Positions 61,577 to 64,000 of a DNA stretch of 64,000 nt are shown here, in pieces. The translations under genes were made by a program, and so were the position numbers. Where the stretch lies: NCBI GenBank assembly GCA_040285855.1, contig JAUFOQ010000003.1, positions 930,001-994,000 of the forward strand. Reading direction: 5' to 3'. Under the pieces are notes generated by a model. That model was not told where the DNA came from. It worked only from the letters and a program-made list of their open reading frames with translations, and ran no database searches. Each line of letters starts with the position of its first letter. Positions within the stretch are counted from its first letter, which is position 1. This DNA is from Eukaryota sp. GEM-RC1 (lineage: Eukaryota).

Positions 61577-62666
61577 GATATCTGCTTGAGATCGTAGTTC
61601 AAAAACAGACATCTCTCCCATTCGCATAATCACTACCAATGACCACCACCCATGACGTTATACCGTGTGAATCCCAATCTTCAAATGTTCTGCCATCAAT
61701 GTAGTCGCGCCCGTCAACTACAGGTTGGTAGAGCTTGTTGCGATTCCATTGGCACTTGTGGTAAAGATTCCAACCTACAAGCACTCTTTGATTCACTAGA
61801 AGTTGGTATTCTTTCAACATCTGTTCTTCTCATCCAATTCTTAAGGGAAGATTCATTCATCTCTGATAGTTTTGCCATACCCTTTCTCAACTGTCAAGCC
61901 ATTCAACTCACCGATGCCTCCTTTGATCCTTCCTTTGCCTTCGATCATCTTGCTGCTCTCAAAACCGTGTTCGATTCTGTTAAAAATGCTCACTATACCA
62001 GAGGAATTCCTTTCTCCGCCAACACTCAATACATTAACATGAATTGGGATCCAGACGTCTCCTCAATGACAACTGCTGTGGCTACTGGAAAATCTGTTAA
62101 ACCAGCAACCTACGTGATGAACAAAGGAGCCATTGGTCCTCTCTACGATCTTCTCTTGTTCTCTAACCGTTACCTTGCTTCAACAGCCCTAAGATTAATG
62201 CGTCTTGGTAACTCTTCAGCCGCCACTCACAGCATCCACGCTAACCTACGTGTCCTCAGTGACTTACCTCAAGCCTTAGCTACTGAGAAGGAATCTCACT
62301 TGATCCGTTTGTTACATCAAACAAGTGCTGCACTTCGAAGAGCTTTTGCTAGTCTTGAAGAAACAATTGATCGTAGATTTGGCTCCACAGCTATTGATGC
62401 AGTTACCCACAAAGACCAGGTAGTTTTCCACGTTCCCCTGATTGATCCAACTGTAGTACTCAGGAGAAACACTATTGTGGTTGGAGGAAATGACTTCTCT
62501 GATCTTCATACTGTGTTAAAACTTGCTGATCAGAACGACCTTGATGTTGTGACTGCAGGGGGAGTTGCTGTCAGTACATCGTCATCGTTACTTTAGACAA
62601 TACGCTGCTCTCAAGGGTCATTTACTTGCTAACCTGGGTGATTCCCGTGTACTTCCACTCTTAACT
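61577..62666 (+). pseudogene. Inverted partial duplicate of the HCP-like gene (upstream region plus first ~340 codons)
   Basis: Near-identical to the reverse complement of ~52180-53270; homology stops abruptly at ~62666. Confidence 0.9.
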
Positions 62667-64000
62667 TCGTAAGTGTTCTTTTTTTGTTCTTTTTCACTAT
62701 GATGAAAGTAAATTTCACTATATCATTTTTTTGAAAAAAATTTGAGTTAGTATTTATGTTTTATCGAAATGACAATCATGTGGTGGTACCCATGATGACG
62801 TGTACCCTGTTGGTCTTTGGTTGACAGTATATGATCTTGTTTAAACCATGTCTTAAGTTAAATAACAATCTCCTAGCGTGCTTCCGATAAACAAATGTTT
62901 TTTATACGGGTTTGAAGATTTAACAATATCTTGATAACCTCATTGAACTTGTTCTCATCAGTACAATTCAATGTAGTAACTACACCTGTTTCTCTACTTG
63001 ACCTGTCGTCTATTGCAACATAGAGACTATTCCAGTTTCAAAAAGCCATGGTATTGGCTCATCTCCAAAACGAATGGCTTTAATAGTAATATATTTCTGT
63101 TGAAACGATATTCCATGTTCTAAAGTATGGCGATCGACAAGCGCTGGTACTATTTTAACTTGAAGTCGTGGATATGCCAAAACACGGAAAGGAAGTCCCA
63201 AAGGATTCCAAAGATAAGCCATTTCACAGCCAGAGGGTGCATCTCTAAAAATTGTACTTGAATCAAATAGAAGAAAGAGATTTTTGAACAATGTTGACCT
63301 ATCGAGATGAAATCTATTAGAATAGTGTCGATGATGCAACGATGCAGGGGGTATTGTACAAAGTTTACAGACAGTTGGACCACTCCGAAGCCAAGTGATT
63401 CTAAAGCATCCTCGACTTCTAATTTTAGTTACTGTAGACAAAGGGGATGAAGTAGTATGAATCTCAAGAAGAGCTGAGTTTTGGGGTCATTAATTGTATG
63501 TCAGTGGTTCTGAAAAAAGATATAAAATGAATACGTATAAATGTAAATAAAAATAAACAGAAATAATATAATCAATTTTGAAAAATCCTATAAATATCTT
63601 ACTCCGAGGCGATCTCTGGTAAAATTTGTCCCAGTTCATCGTCTTTTTCCAGTTTCAATGAGTTATCTGACTTGATGCTTCTAATGATTGCTCAAAGGGT
63701 GTTGTCATTTTATAATCCCAATAATACTTCAGTATTAAATCACTACTGGTAGTTTTAGATAACAATTAGAAGTTCTAATTGTTGATAACAACCAACTACC
63801 ATTTGTGATCACACGTTTTCACATAATCACAATAACAAAATGTGATAACATACTATCACGTGTTATAACAAAGGGCATTCGTTATAACCGTTAATGAAAT
63901 ACCAACACTGCTATTAAGCACTTTTTTCTAGAAATTCACAAAAACTACACACAAAAACAAAACTACCTTTAGCAATTCATCAGTGGGTGAGCACTGAAGC

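Noticed and set aside
62667..64000. Possible mobile element truncating the HCP duplicate, with ORF 63010-63441
   Set aside because: No recognisable domain, TIR or TSD within the window.
1..64000. Non-standard genetic code as the cause of broken ORFs
   Set aside because: Breaks in conserved genes are frame changes, not in-frame stops; intact genes end in TAA, TAG and TGA.

Overview
Compact, AT-rich nuclear DNA of a microbial eukaryote. It is probably a flagellated anaerobic protist (inference from CCDC113/CFAP263, a CDKL kinase, an HCP homologue, PPDK-derived domains, BspA-type LRRs and 33-71 nt spliceosomal introns). Housekeeping genes (TBC RabGAP, TMEM43-like, FAB1/PIKfyve, RPC4, RPAC2, Vps55, IWR1, CCA-adding enzyme) are interleaved with many transposon relics: four hAT elements with perfect 8-bp TSDs, a TA-flanked Tc1/pogo-type element, RLE-type non-LTR retrotransposon pieces and a gypsy-like gag-pro fragment. 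Many genes are broken by single-base indels in homopolymers, which points to long-read consensus errors rather than true pseudogenes. The main finding is a ~5.4-kb minus-strand element (~36792-42199) with no recognisable transposase. In order it carries a structured 5' leader with repeated T-loop-like hairpins, a viral-type 2A StopGo peptide (DIESNPG|P), a Ulp1/SENP-type cysteine protease, a CCHC knuckle, a Fanzor1 (TnpB-derived RNA-guided nuclease) with an intact D-E-D RuvC triad, and an omegaRNA-like structure (GCAA and UUCG tetraloop hairpins) whose 3' end was later hit by a hAT insertion. Also notable are a three-copy receptor-like family (degenerate PPDK fragment, TM, variable repeat stalk, divergent LRR head) and a hybrid cluster protein that has lost most hybrid-cluster ligands.
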